Positions 23,901-35,900 of a DNA stretch of 64,000 nt are shown here, one piece after another (position 1 is the stretch's first letter; the number at the start of each line of letters is the position of its first letter). Origin of the DNA: Epithemia pelagica (Eukaryota; Protista; Bacillariophyta); assembly GCA_946965045.2 (NCBI GenBank), contig OX337231.1, forward strand, positions 2,604,001 to 2,668,000, in the 5' to 3' direction. The notes beneath the pieces are model-generated. The model ran no database searches. It was not told the origin of the DNA and saw only the letters and a list, made by a program, of their open reading frames with translations. The translations under genes and the position numbers were made by a program.

Positions 23901-25562
23901 TTTTGACGCAACAAAGTGGATGGATCTTGGAAAGGATGAATGGCATATTATCGCCCTATTGGGATTTGTAAGTCGTTCACTAAAATGTGGGCACAGATGC
24001 ATTTGGCGTCTCTGTTTCAAAACATCGGCATCTGACGATATCTTGAATTTTTTAATTCTTGCTGCAGAATATTAAAAACTGCAAAGTTGAAAATGGTAAG
24101 TCAACGGGGCAATCTGCGTTTCGAAAATTCCTTCCGAAAACGTACCTCATCGATGGATTGTTCGCAGGAAGATCTGGTCGAAGCCGACGATGAAGTTGTT
24201 GTGAAATCGGAGTCGGCCTCTGATTCAATGCTGATAGAACTTGTATGGAGAGAGAGACTTCCTTTGGGAATGAATTTACTCACGAACGATGATTCCGGGC
24301 AACTCAAGGTTGTCGATTTTCCTAGAGGAAGTCAAGCGCGGCAAGTATGTGAGAAGAAAAATCTGACCCCAGACCTATTCAAAGGTGCAACAATTGTGGC
24401 GGTGAACGGCACAACGTCAGACCATCAAGACGATTTGTTTGAAGCTTTGAAAGATCCTGCTCGTCCGAAAACAATCCAATTTCGTCTGGCCGAAAGTGCT
24501 GAATGGGAGCGAGTTCGTAGGTTTGTGGAAGGGGATCGAAAACCGTCCTCAGACGACGGTAGCGAGATCAAACCCCGGGCCCTCTCCACCCGTGTCGTCG
24601 AATTCAACAAAGAAGGAGAGCTCGGAATTGTTTTTGCACCAGCGCTGGACAACAATGGCTTAGTGGTTGACGGTTTTCTGGAGGGAGAGGATGGCATCGT
24701 ATTGGCAGCAGAACGATCAAACGACATTATCCTTGGTGACATACTAACTCACATCAATGGCGAACTTGTGGTTGGGAAGGAAGGTACACAAAAGTCATTA
24801 AAGATCCTTGAAGATAAAGCTCATGAACGACCGCTATCTTTGACTTTTTCAAGATCCTATCTCTACCGTGAAGTTATTGTACGCCCGGAGGAACTACCAG
24901 GAATTTACACAAAAGGAGGTCCAGAGGAACTGGTGCTGGAAGACCGAAAACTGGAAGATGGAACTCGACGAGTTGTCATCAAGAATTTTAATCCAGTTAG
25001 TGGTGCTGGTGAATCCAGTGGGATTCTGATTGGTGACCACCTCGTATTCGTGAATGGAACACCAGTTGGTGCCGGGGCCAGATGGTTGGGCGAATCGACC
25101 AGTCCAAACTTGGACGAGGTTTACGAAATGCTTGGAGACAAAATGCAGTACCCAATTGGTTTGACCTTTGCACGCCCTCAGAACAAAGGTGGCGTGTCGA
25201 ATAGATGGTCTTCTTCAAAAAGCACGGAACCGTTCTCGGATTTTGACGCCGATACAATTTGTGTCACCTGCGAGGAACAAAATCGTTTAGGTTGTATCTT
25301 TGATACAACTGAACATGGCGACATTGTCATATCCGATTTCAGTTCCGTCCCGGGTATGTTTCATCGGCATCTTTCACGATACAATGAAATGGACGGGAGA
25401 CTGAAAATATCCATTGACTCCATCAATGGTCAGTTCGTACCGTCCTATGCTACGAAGGATATCGTCATGAATGCGCTCAATAGAAGCTGGAGAAATGATA
25501 AGCGTGTGGAAATCATACTGTGCGATGATGAGAGGAAGCAGTACATACAATCACTCACTTAG
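20943..25562 (+). CDS. ~1443 aa protein: helical N-terminal region, BPI/LBP (TULIP)-like domain, then about four PDZ-like domains
   Basis: Four exons (20943-21134, 21251-23967, 24068-24095, 24168-25562) with GTAAGT donors and AG acceptors sum to 4332 nt, in frame. PDZ-like motifs: LGMNL...ATIVAVNG, LGIVF...GDILTHING, ILIGDHLVFVNG, LGCIF...SIDSING. Domain names are by inspection. Confidence 0.75.
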
Positions 25563-25703
25563 CAATAGAGAAGAAAAGTAGAAGAGTGCAAAAGCCAAAC
25601 CTGCCATTTATAGGAAATGAAATGCTAGCTACAGGTAGGTCTTTTCTATCATTCACACGATGAAGCACTCTGTGATCACATATGGCCAACACTGGTCTAG
25701 ACT

Positions 25704-28451
25704 CTAGACAAGCATTTGTCTCCGAGGAAGATGGCGACTATTGGTTGCCCTTTCGGTTGCTTCAGCATAAAGTTGTGCATACGACAACTCTTGGTGAGGC
25801 AAAGGATTGCTGAAACTGTCATCTCCTGCGTAATAGTCGCAAGGAGAATCTAAATAAACTCGGACTGGAACAACCGTGCGGAAACGACGTCTTTCGATCG
25901 GTGGCTTCACTTGGACTCTCGTGTCGTGGGATGGTATTGGTACCCGCTGACTGTCGACATGAACAACAGGTGTCGGATGACAAGGCGCATAAACAACCGG
26001 TCGCTTTGGTATTTCTGGAACAATAGAAGAAGGAGGAACCTCGTAGGTAGTACTCCTGTTCTCATCAATAGGACAAAGACCTGGAAGAGTCGATGGAGCC
26101 ATAGTCAAACGCCCATTCGAACCCCGAGCCTGTCCTTTCAATGAAGTGGACTGTAATTCCGAGGAGGTATCTGGCATGGGCTGCGTATTCTCTTTTGATT
26201 TTTCGTCCTGAATTGCTGTGGGCCTTTCGTCTTCTTTTGATTTTTCGTCAACGATTAATGATGAGGGCGTATGGTCTTCCTTTGCTTTTTCATCCTGGAC
26301 AATTGCGGGCTTTTCGTCGTTGGCCACAGGAGAAAGAGGCTTGTTGTTCTTGAGACTAGCCTTGTGCAATACTGCTGCTCGTCTTGATCGTACGGTCAGA
26401 GAGCAACTGGAACCACTCGACAAAGTATTCGCCATCGATTTTGGAGACACAGCGGAAGAGGACGCAACCGCAATGGCCTTTTGCTTGGGCGATATCATGG
26501 GTGAACGGTTTTGCTTGGTGCAGGAACGAGGAGACGGGGTCGAGACTGCTGTTGTATCCACAGGTTTGTCGGGTGTGACCTTGTGACTTGTTCCACACAA
26601 TGGTTTCTCTGGTGTAACCGTGTTACTGGTTGTTTCGTGTTTCTGAGGAGAGTAAATCTGTGTGGTCGCGTGCTCCATTTCTTTGGCCGTCTCCAGTCGA
26701 TTCTTCAATACATCAATCTGTCTCTTCATTACCACAAATCGAGACGCCACATCGGCAGCTTTGACTACCATGGGAGAGCAGTGCAGTTCAAAAGTAGGTG
26801 TTTCTGCACCAGTATCGGAATCGAGGGATATATCCAGGGCAGGATTCGAATCTCCGTCTTCGACGGATACAGCTGCGGAGGCGTCTTGTACCTGTTCTTC
26901 TTTGTGGTCACTGCTGTGGGAGGAATTCGAAGATGTGTCAGAATGTGCGGCATGTTGTTGAAGTTCATGTTCGCTTTTGTCACCGCATGGAGTCTGATTT
27001 GTCTCTACATCGTCCGGTTTAGATTCAACGGTGTTGGAGTTGGATTCCACCTCAGAAACCACTCCACGTGTCTCGTCGAGTTCCTGTTGACCCACCAATT
27101 GATCCTCATCCTGATTCTCCGCACCAATGGCATTTGATTTCGAACAGGAGTCATCATCGTTTTGATCTGATCCCGACTCATGAAAAAGATTCTCCTTCTT
27201 GCTGGATGGTCCGGTTTCTTCAAAGACATTGGACAAGTCCAACTTGGGAAGACTGGCTTGCGAAATGTCTTTTACCTCAATCTCGTCCATGCTACCCTCA
27301 TCCATGATTCCCGTTAGCCAAGCCACCAAGTCATGGTGGTCTTCCATCACTTTCTCTTTCAATGGCGACAGAACACCAAGTTCTTGTAGTGGTTCCTCCT
27401 CCTCAACGCATTCAATATTGTCATTGTGGCCGTCAAACAAGAGTGCAATCGATGGTGCGCGAGTGGTGGACGTTGTGGCGCACTCGGACGGAGAGCCCGT
27501 TTGACTGTCGGCAGTGCCACTAATCTGGGAGAGATCGACTGCCTTGAAGGGGGAAAGGAGACCCTGATTTGCCTCACTCGCTGTTGTCACTGCCAGGGGA
27601 CTAAGGGGCGGTGGTGAAGGTTGTAGAGTAAAGGAGACATTGCTTTGGGGTGGTGTCAACGATGTTGCCGTGTGATCGGAATCCTTTTTGGTACAAGGAC
27701 TCGTGGTCTCCAACGACGTACAACAGGTGGGCATGAATGGAATTTCCTCCGTGTCGGCACCCCGACCAGTCACCATGCCCCGCAGTTCGAAGCAGGCACT
27801 CTCATCATTGCTTTTGCGAAGTCGCTCGGGTGTCTCGAGGGCCCAGACACGACTGCTGTCAAAGTAACTACTTCCGTTCTTATCGTCCTGGTCCAAATCG
27901 AGTGGTGCCCCCTCCAAGTGGCTTTGGGATGGAGAGGATTCCTTCATGTTGGACAGCAATCGCGGCACTTGCTCCGATAACAAGAGAGAGCTGGAGAGCG
28001 AGACATGAGAGAAGGACCCATCCAAAAGGCGATCCCATTCCTCATCCAACCGACGCGAAGGGGAGGCTGCTTGTGAGGCTCCACCATTGTTTGCATCGTC
28101 TTCTTTCTTGATTGTTTCCGCGTCATATTTGGACGAAAAATCGTCATCCAAACCAAACTTGGCTACATGACGAGCATGTTCGTTCAAGGCTGCTTGTGCT
28201 CCAATGGAAAGATTGGCCACCATGTTGGTTTCATCGTCGTCATCATCATCATCGTCGTGGTAAAACGAAGCATCATCATCGTCGTCATTGTATTCTTGAA
28301 TGGCTTCCAAGAAGGGAGGAAAGTTTTCGCTTTCTGAGAGTTGCCGGAATGGATTGACAGTCGGAAGAATATTCGCCAAAGGAGGAGACTTGGGCGTCGG
28401 TGTTGCTGTTGGTTCGACCGAGGACAATGTTGGTTCCAAAGATTCCGACAT
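25704..28451 (-). CDS. Acidic Ser/Thr-rich hypothetical protein (~915 aa)
   Basis: 2.75 kb open frame from a likely ATG at 28451 (MSESLEP). Poly-Asp tract and a short coiled coil (MKRQIDVLKNRLETAKE). No recognised domain. Confidence 0.7.
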   Translation of the reverse strand: MSESLEPTLSSVEPTATPTPKSPPLANILPTVNPFRQLSESENFPPFLEAIQEYNDDDDDASFYHDDDDDDDDETNMVANLSIGAQAALNEHARHVAKFGLDDDFSSKYDAETIKKEDDANNGGASQAASPSRRLDEEWDRLLDGSFSHVSLSSSLLLSEQVPRLLSNMKESSPSQSHLEGAPLDLDQDDKNGSSYFDSSRVWALETPERLRKSNDESACFELRGMVTGRGADTEEIPFMPTCCTSLETTSPCTKKDSDHTATSLTPPQSNVSFTLQPSPPPLSPLAVTTASEANQGLLSPFKAVDLSQISGTADSQTGSPSECATTSTTRAPSIALLFDGHNDNIECVEEEEPLQELGVLSPLKEKVMEDHHDLVAWLTGIMDEGSMDEIEVKDISQASLPKLDLSNVFEETGPSSKKENLFHESGSDQNDDDSCSKSNAIGAENQDEDQLVGQQELDETRGVVSEVESNSNTVESKPDDVETNQTPCGDKSEHELQQHAAHSDTSSNSSHSSDHKEEQVQDASAAVSVEDGDSNPALDISLDSDTGAETPTFELHCSPMVVKAADVASRFVVMKRQIDVLKNRLETAKEMEHATTQIYSPQKHETTSNTVTPEKPLCGTSHKVTPDKPVDTTAVSTPSPRSCTKQNRSPMISPKQKAIAVASSSAVSPKSMANTLSSGSSCSLTVRSRRAAVLHKASLKNNKPLSPVANDEKPAIVQDEKAKEDHTPSSLIVDEKSKEDERPTAIQDEKSKENTQPMPDTSSELQSTSLKGQARGSNGRLTMAPSTLPGLCPIDENRSTTYEVPPSSIVPEIPKRPVVYAPCHPTPVVHVDSQRVPIPSHDTRVQVKPPIERRRFRTVVPVRVYLDSPCDYYAGDDSFSNPLPHQELSYAQLYAEATERATNSRHLPRRQMLV

Positions 28452-28959
28452 GACCAATGCAAAACAATTATTGTTACGATTCTTCCAAAACAAGGGAAAG
28501 TGACTGTTTCAAACAATCCAAAGACACTTTTGTGGCTGACTTTGATTGTTCTTCGAATCGTTGCTCTTTCTCGTATTGAGTAACCAACAAAATACTACAA
28601 CGAGCAAAAAGATCTGAGGCGCTGGTTTCTTGAGGGCAACCACACCAACCAGCAACCGTCAAAAGAGAAGTGTCAGGTGTCAGGTCGGCTTTCCCGCAAC
28701 AAACAGCCAACCTGTCGTTGTCGTTTTTTTTTGTGTACTAGTAATTCGTTTGATCGATAGAACATGTGGGGATGGTGGCGTGGTGGTAGTTGTCCCCTCT
28801 AGGAGTGTGACAATATTAATATTATGAGGGCCTTTACAAAGAGAATCTGCCTGCGTGATAGCCGTTATATGTTCTACACCAGCATAACGTAGTTTCTGTA
28901 CAGTGCCCCTATTTGAAGACAGTCAATTTTCGTTTAATAGAAGACGAGAGCGTGCCGTT

Positions 28960-29264
28960 TAGAGGTTGGACCCGCGAGCTCAAATCGATGCGGGTAGGCT
29001 ACCCGCGCATGCCAGCCTTTGCGGTTCCAAGTACCCGCGTGTTCCGCAGTTCCGCACTACTATGGGATTTTATGTACTCTGCACAAATGTGACGTACGGG
29101 CGGTCAGACCTAGAGAGGACCAAATCGCTGCACCCCGCCTTTACTGTGCGTAGGTGCGAGTAGTGCGGATCGGAACCGCCAGTCTCTTTCGTTGCGGTGC
29201 CAGGGATCAGCACCGCGGATCCGCGAATCCGCTCCGCAGCACCGCGGTGCGGGTCCAACCTCTA
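28960..29264. mobile_element. Non-autonomous hAT-type MITE (305 bp)
   Basis: Perfect 16-bp TIRs TAGAGGTTGGACCCGC (28960-28975) and GCGGGTCCAACCTCTA (29249-29264). 8-bp target-site duplication GTGCCGTT (28952-28959 and 29265-29272). Many subterminal CCGC/GCGG motifs and no transposase ORF. Confidence 0.92.
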
Positions 29265-29491
29265 GTGCCGTTCCAGTCGATATTTGGGGGACAAACGTTT
29301 GCTCGGCCACGCGATCCAGAGACAACGACGGATATATTCAAACCACAAAGCACACATACATGCGCGTGAATCTGATCCCCAGAACGCACGTCGACCACAT
29401 CCAACAACTGCACACCCCATGTCGTCGCACAAACTGCAGAAATTGTCCCTCCTGTCTCCCTCTTGTCGAAATGATGGGCATTGATCTTGAT

Positions 29492-29547
29492 CTTGAGCAT
29501 TGAGCACGGCCAAGTCCCCAAAACCTAATAGCCATGACGATATCCAT
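29492..29547. repeat. Diverged copy of the sequence downstream of CRNKL1 (60049-60104)
   Basis: Ungapped alignment with 47 of 56 identical bases by manual count, same orientation. Confidence 0.8.
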
Positions 29548-29577
29548 CTCAAGCTAAAAAGCCCACAGTGCAATTTC

Positions 29578-29727
29578 CACTTGTGCCACGCGATCCAAAT
29601 CACGACTGGTCATTTCTTTATTTCCGGCATAGTAGATCCAGAAATAAATATACCGCCGTCAATCCTCCTGCATGTTGGAAGGAGGTACTAGCGCAACTTT
29701 TCGTTCGTAATTGTCCCACACGACGGC
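29578..29727 (-). pseudogene. Decayed internal fragment of crooked neck/CRNKL1
   Basis: Aligns without gaps to 61110-61259 (about 124/150 nt by manual count). Translates AVVWDNYERKVALVPPSNMQED*RRYIYFWIYYAGNKEMTSRDLDRVAQV versus [50 protein letters not shown]; TGG has become TGA. Confidence 0.9.
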
Positions 29728-29960
29728 AAACGTCGGGCTCGGGTCTGATGTTCGAGTGGGGTTTCTTCTTCTCTGTTGGCGGACCAGGACTAGCAGGGTC
29801 ACCGTTGGCCATGCCAATTTGAGCCCAAAAAGCTACTGCTGCCTAGTGGAATATATTCCTATTGTACAAAATCTACCACTATACACTCCAACACCAGAGA
29901 GTATACGTATATGGCATGCAAAAGGAAGTTCCACCAACAACTCCAGAACTATAGTCAATC

Positions 29961-32900
29961 GCCATCATCTTCGAACAATTAGATCATGAGGCCCATGGAC
30001 TCCATCCGAATTCTGACACAGGCTCCCTTCTAACTTGGTAATAACAGGAAGCATCATGCAGTTTCATAACAAGCGATGCCATCGACAACCGTTGGTATGC
30101 CTACGTACTGTCGACCAATTTCTTGTGGTCCGTGGCACACTGAAATGGCCATCTTTTTCGACCCCTTCCATCATGAGACCAATGGACTCGAATCTAATTC
30201 TGACACTTGCTCCATTTCTATTTGGCAAATACAGAAAGCATCATGCAGTTTCATTATAAGCGATGCCATGGATAAGCATTTGTATAGCTTCGTACTGTGG
30301 ACCAATTTCTTATGGTCCGTGGCACACTGAAATGGCCATCATTTTCGACCCCTTCCATCATGAGACCAATGGACTCGAATCTAATTCTGACACTTGCTCC
30401 ATTTCTATTTGGCAATTACAGAAAGCATCATGCAGTTTCATTATAAGCGATGCCATGGATAAGCATTTGTATAGCTACGTACTGTGGACCAATTTCTTGT
30501 GGTCCGTGGCACACTGAAATGGCCATCTTTTTCGAGCCCTTCCATCATGAGACCAATGGACTCTAATCCAATTCGAACACTTGCTCCATTGTTATTCGAG
30601 AATAACAGAAAGCATCATGCAGTTTCATTACAAGCGACATCATGGACAAGCATTTGTATAGCTATGTACTGTGGACCAATTTCTTGTGGTCCGTGGCACA
30701 CATAAATGGCCATCTTTTTCGAGCCCTTCCATCATGAATCCAATGGACTCCAATGTGATTCTGACACTTGCTCCATTCTTATTTGGCAATAACAGAAAGC
30801 ATCATGCAGCTTAATTACAAGCGCCATCATGGACAAGCATTTGTATAGCTACGTACTTTGGACCAATTTCTTGTGGTCCGTGGCACACTGAAATGGCCAT
30901 CTTTTTCAAACCCTTCCATCATGAGACCAATGGACTCCAATACGATTCTGACACTTGCTACATTCTAATTTAGCATTTACAAAAAGCATCATGCAGTTTC
31001 ATTACAAGCGATGCCATAGACAAGAATTTGTATAGCTACGTACTGTCGACCAATTTCTTGTGGTCCGTGGCACACTGAAATGGCCATCTTTTTCAAACCC
31101 TTCCATCATGAGACCAATGGACTCCAATGCAATTCTGACACTTGCTACATTCTAATTTAGCATTTACAGAAAGCTTCATGCAGTTTCATTACAAGCGATG
31201 CCATGGACAAGCATTTGTATAGCTACGTACTGTGGACCAATTTCTTGTGGTCCGTGGCACACTGAAATGGCCATCTTTTCAAAGCCCTTCCATCATGAGA
31301 CCAACGGACTCCAATGCAATTCTGACACATTCACCATTCTTTTTCACCAAGAACAGAAGGCATCATGCAGTTTCATTACAAGCGATGCCATGGACAAGCA
31401 TTTGTATAGCTACGTACTGTGGACCAATTTCTTGTGGTCCGTGGCACACTGAAATGGCCATCTTTTTCAAGCCCTTCCATCATGAGACCAATGGACTCCA
31501 ATGCAATTCTGACACTTGCTCCATTCTTATTTGGCAATAACAGAAAGCATCATGCAGTTTCATTACAAGCGACGTCATGGACAAGCATTTGTATAGCTAC
31601 GTACTGTGGACCAATTTCTTGTGGTCCGTGGCACACTGAAATGGCCATCTTTTTCAAGCCCTTCCATCATGAGACCAATGGACTCCAATGCAATTTTGAC
31701 ACTTGCTCCAATCTTATTTGGCATTAACAGAAAGCTTCATGCAGGTTAAATACAAGCGACATCATGGACAAGCATTTGTATAGCTACGTACTGTGGACCA
31801 ATTTCTTGTGGTCCGTGGCACACTGAAATGGCCATCTTTTTCGAGCCCTTCCATCATGAGACCAATGGACGCCAATACAATTCTGACACCTGCTCCATTC
31901 TTATTTAGGATTAACAGAAAGCAACATGCAGGTTAATTATAAGCGACATCATGGACAAGCATTTGTATAGCTACGTACTGTGGACCAATTTCTTGTGGTC
32001 CGTGGCACACTGAAATGGCCATCTTTTTCGACCCCTTCCATCATGAGACCAATGGACTCCAATGCAATTCTGACACTTGATCCATTCTTATTTAGCATTA
32101 ACAGAAAGCATCATGCAGGTTCATTACAAGCGATGCCATGGACAAGCATTTGTATAGCTACGTACTGTGGACCAATTTCTTGTGGTCCGTGGCACACTGA
32201 AATGGCCATCTTTTTCAAGCCCTTCCATCATGAGACCAATGGACTCCAATGCGATTCTGACACTTGCTCCATTCTTATTTAGCATTAATAGAAAGCAACA
32301 TGCAGGTTAATTACAAGCGACATCATGGACAAGCATTTGTATAGCTACGTACTGTGGACCAATTTCTTGTGGTCCGTGGCACACTGAAATGGCCATCTTT
32401 TTCGAGCCTTTCCATCATGAGACCAATGGACTCCAATGCAATTCTGACACCTGCTCCATTCTTATTTAGCATTTACAGAAAGCTTCATGCAGGTTAATTA
32501 CAAGCGACATCATGGACAAGCATTTGTATAGCTACGTACTGTGGACCAATTTCTTGTGGTCCGTGGCACACTGAAATGGCCATCTTTTTCGAGCCCTTCC
32601 ATCATGAGACCAATGGACTCAAATGCAATTCTGACACCTGCTCCATTCTTATTTGGCAATAACAGAAAGCATCATGCAGGTTAATTATAAGCGACATCAT
32701 GGACAAGCATTTGTATAGCTACGTACTGTCGACCAATTTCTCGTGGTCCGTGGCACACTGAAATGGCCATCTTTTTCGACCCCTTCCATCATGAGACCAA
32801 TGGACTCCAATCTAATTCTGACACTTGCTCCATTCTGATTTAGCATTAACAGAAAGCATCATGCAGGTTCATTACAAGCGATGCCATGGACAAGCATTTG

Positions 32901-35900
32901 TATAGCTACGTACTGTCGACCAATTTCTTGTGGTCCGTGGCACACTGAAATGGCCATCTTTTTCGACCCCTTCCATCATGAGACCAATGGACTCCAATGC
33001 AATTCTGACACTTGCTCCATTCTAATTTAGCATTTACAGAAAGCTTCATGCAGTTTCATTACAAGCGATGCCATGGACAAGCATTTGTATAGCTACGTAC
33101 TGTGGACCAATTTCTTGTGGTCCGTGGCACACTGAAATGGCCATCTTTTCAAAGCCCTTCCATCATGAGACCAACGGACTCCAATGCAATTCTGACACAT
33201 TCACCATTCTTTTTCACCAAGAACAGAAGGCATCATGCAGTTTCATTACAAGCGATGCCATGGACAAGCATTTGTATAGCTACGTACTGTGGACCAATTT
33301 CTTGTGGTCCGTGGCACACTGAAATGGCCATCTTTTCAAAGCCCTTCCATCATGAGACCAACGGACTCCAATGCAATTCTGACACATTCACCATTCTTTT
33401 TCACCAAGAACAGAAGGCATCATGCAGTTTCATTACAAGCGATGCCATGGACAAGCATTTGTATAGCTACGTACTGTGGACCAATTTCTTGTGGTCCGTG
33501 GCACACTGAAATGGCCATCTTTTTCAAGCCCTTCCATCATGAGACCAATGGACTCCAATGCAATTCTGACACTTGCTCCATTCTTATTTGGCAATAACAG
33601 AAAGCATCATGCAGTTTCATTACAAGCGACGTCATGGACAAGCATTTGTATAGCTACGTACTGTGGACCAATTTCTTGTGGTCCGTGGCACACTGAAATG
33701 GCCATCTTTTTCAAGCCCTTCCATCATGAGACCAATGGACTCCAATGCAATTTTGACACTTGCTCCAATCTTATTTGGCATTAACAGAAAGCTTCATGCA
33801 GGTTAAATACAAGCGACATCATGGACAAGCATTTGTATAGCTACGTACTGTGGACCAATTTCTTGTGGTCCGTGGCACACTGAAATGGCCATCTTTTTCG
33901 AGCCCTTCCATCATGAGACCAATGGACGCCAATACAATTCTGACACCTGCTCCATTCTTATTTAGGATTAACAGAAAGCAACATGCAGGTTAATTATAAG
34001 CGACATCATGGACAAGCATTTGTATAGCTACGTACTGTGGACCAATTTCTTGTGGTCCGTGGCACACTGAAATGGCCATCTTTTTCGACCCCTTCCATCA
34101 TGAGACCAATGGACTCCAATGCAATTCTGACACTTGATCCATTCTTATTTAGCATTAACAGAAAGCATCATGCAGGTTCATTACAAGCGATGCCATGGAC
34201 AAGCATTTGTATAGCTACGTACTGTGGACCAATTTCTTGTGGTCCGTGGCACACTGAAATGGCCATCTTTTTCAAGCCCTTCCATCATGAGACCAATGGA
34301 CTCCAATGCGATTCTGACACTTGCTCCATTCTTATTTAGCATTAATAGAAAGCAACATGCAGGTTAATTACAAGCGACATCATGGACAAGCATTTGTATA
34401 GCTACGTACTGTGGACCAATTTCTTGTGGTCCGTGGCACACTGAAATGGCCATCTTTTTCGAGCCTTTCCATCATGAGACCAATGGACTCCAATGCAATT
34501 CTGACACCTGCTCCATTCTTATTTAGCATTTACAGAAAGCTTCATGCAGGTTAATTACAAGCGACATCATGGACAAGCATTTGTATAGCTACGTACTGTG
34601 GACCAATTTCTTGTGGTCCGTGGCACACTGAAATGGCCATCTTTTTCGAGCCCTTCCATCATGAGACCAATGGACGCCAATGCAATTCTGACACCTGCTC
34701 CATTCTTATTTGGCAATAACAGAAAGCATCATGCAGGTTAATTATAAGCGACATCATGGACAAGCATTTGTATAGCTACGTACTGTCGACCAATTTCTCG
34801 TGGTCCGTGGCACACTGAAATGGCCATCTTTTTCGACCCCTTCCATCATGAGACCAATGGACTCCAATCTAATTCTGACACTTGCTCCATTCTGATTTAG
34901 CATTAACAGAAAGCATCATGCAGGTTCATTACAAGCGATGCCATGGACAAGCATTTGTATAGCTACGTACTGTCGACCAATTTCTTGTGGTCCGTGGCAC
35001 ACTGAAATGGCCATCTTTTTCGACCCCTTCCATCATGAGACCAATGGACTCCAATGCAATTCTGACACTTGCTCCATTCTTATTTAGCATTAACAGAAAG
35101 CCTCATGCAGGTTCATTACAAGCGATGCCATGGACAAGCATTTGTATAGCTACGTACTGTGGACCAATTTCTTGTGGTCCGTGGCACACTGAAATGGCCA
35201 TCTTTTTCAAGCCCTTCCATCATGAGACCAATGGACTCCAATGCGATTCTGACACTTGCTCCATTCTTATTTAGCATTAATAGAAAGCAACATGCAGGTT
35301 AATTACAAGCGACATCATGGACAAGCATTTGTATAGCTACGTACTGTGGACCAATTTCTTGTGGTCCGTGGCACACTGAAATGGCCATCTTTTTCGAGCC
35401 TTTCCATCATGAGACCAATGGACTCCAATGCAATTCTGACACCTGCTCCATTCTTATTTAGCATTTACAGAAAGCTTCATGCAGGTTAATTACAAGCGAC
35501 ATCATGGACAAGCATTTGTATAGCTACGTACTGTGGACCAATTTCTTGTGGTCCGTGGCACACTGAAATGGCCATCTTTTATAAGCCCTTCCATCATGAG
35601 ACCAATGGACTCAAATGCAATTGTGACACCTGCTCCATTCTTATTGAGCATTAATAGAAAGCAACATGCAGGTTAATAACAAGCGACATCATGGACAAGC
35701 ATTTGTATAGCTACGTACTGTGGACCAATTTCTTGTGGTCCGTGGCACACTGAAATGGCCATCTTTTTCAAGCCCTTCCATCATGAGACCAATGAACTCC
35801 AATACAATTCTGACACTTGATCCATTTCTATTTGGCAATATCAAAAAGCATCATGCAGTTTCATTACAAGCGATGCCATGGACAAGCATTTGTATAGCTA

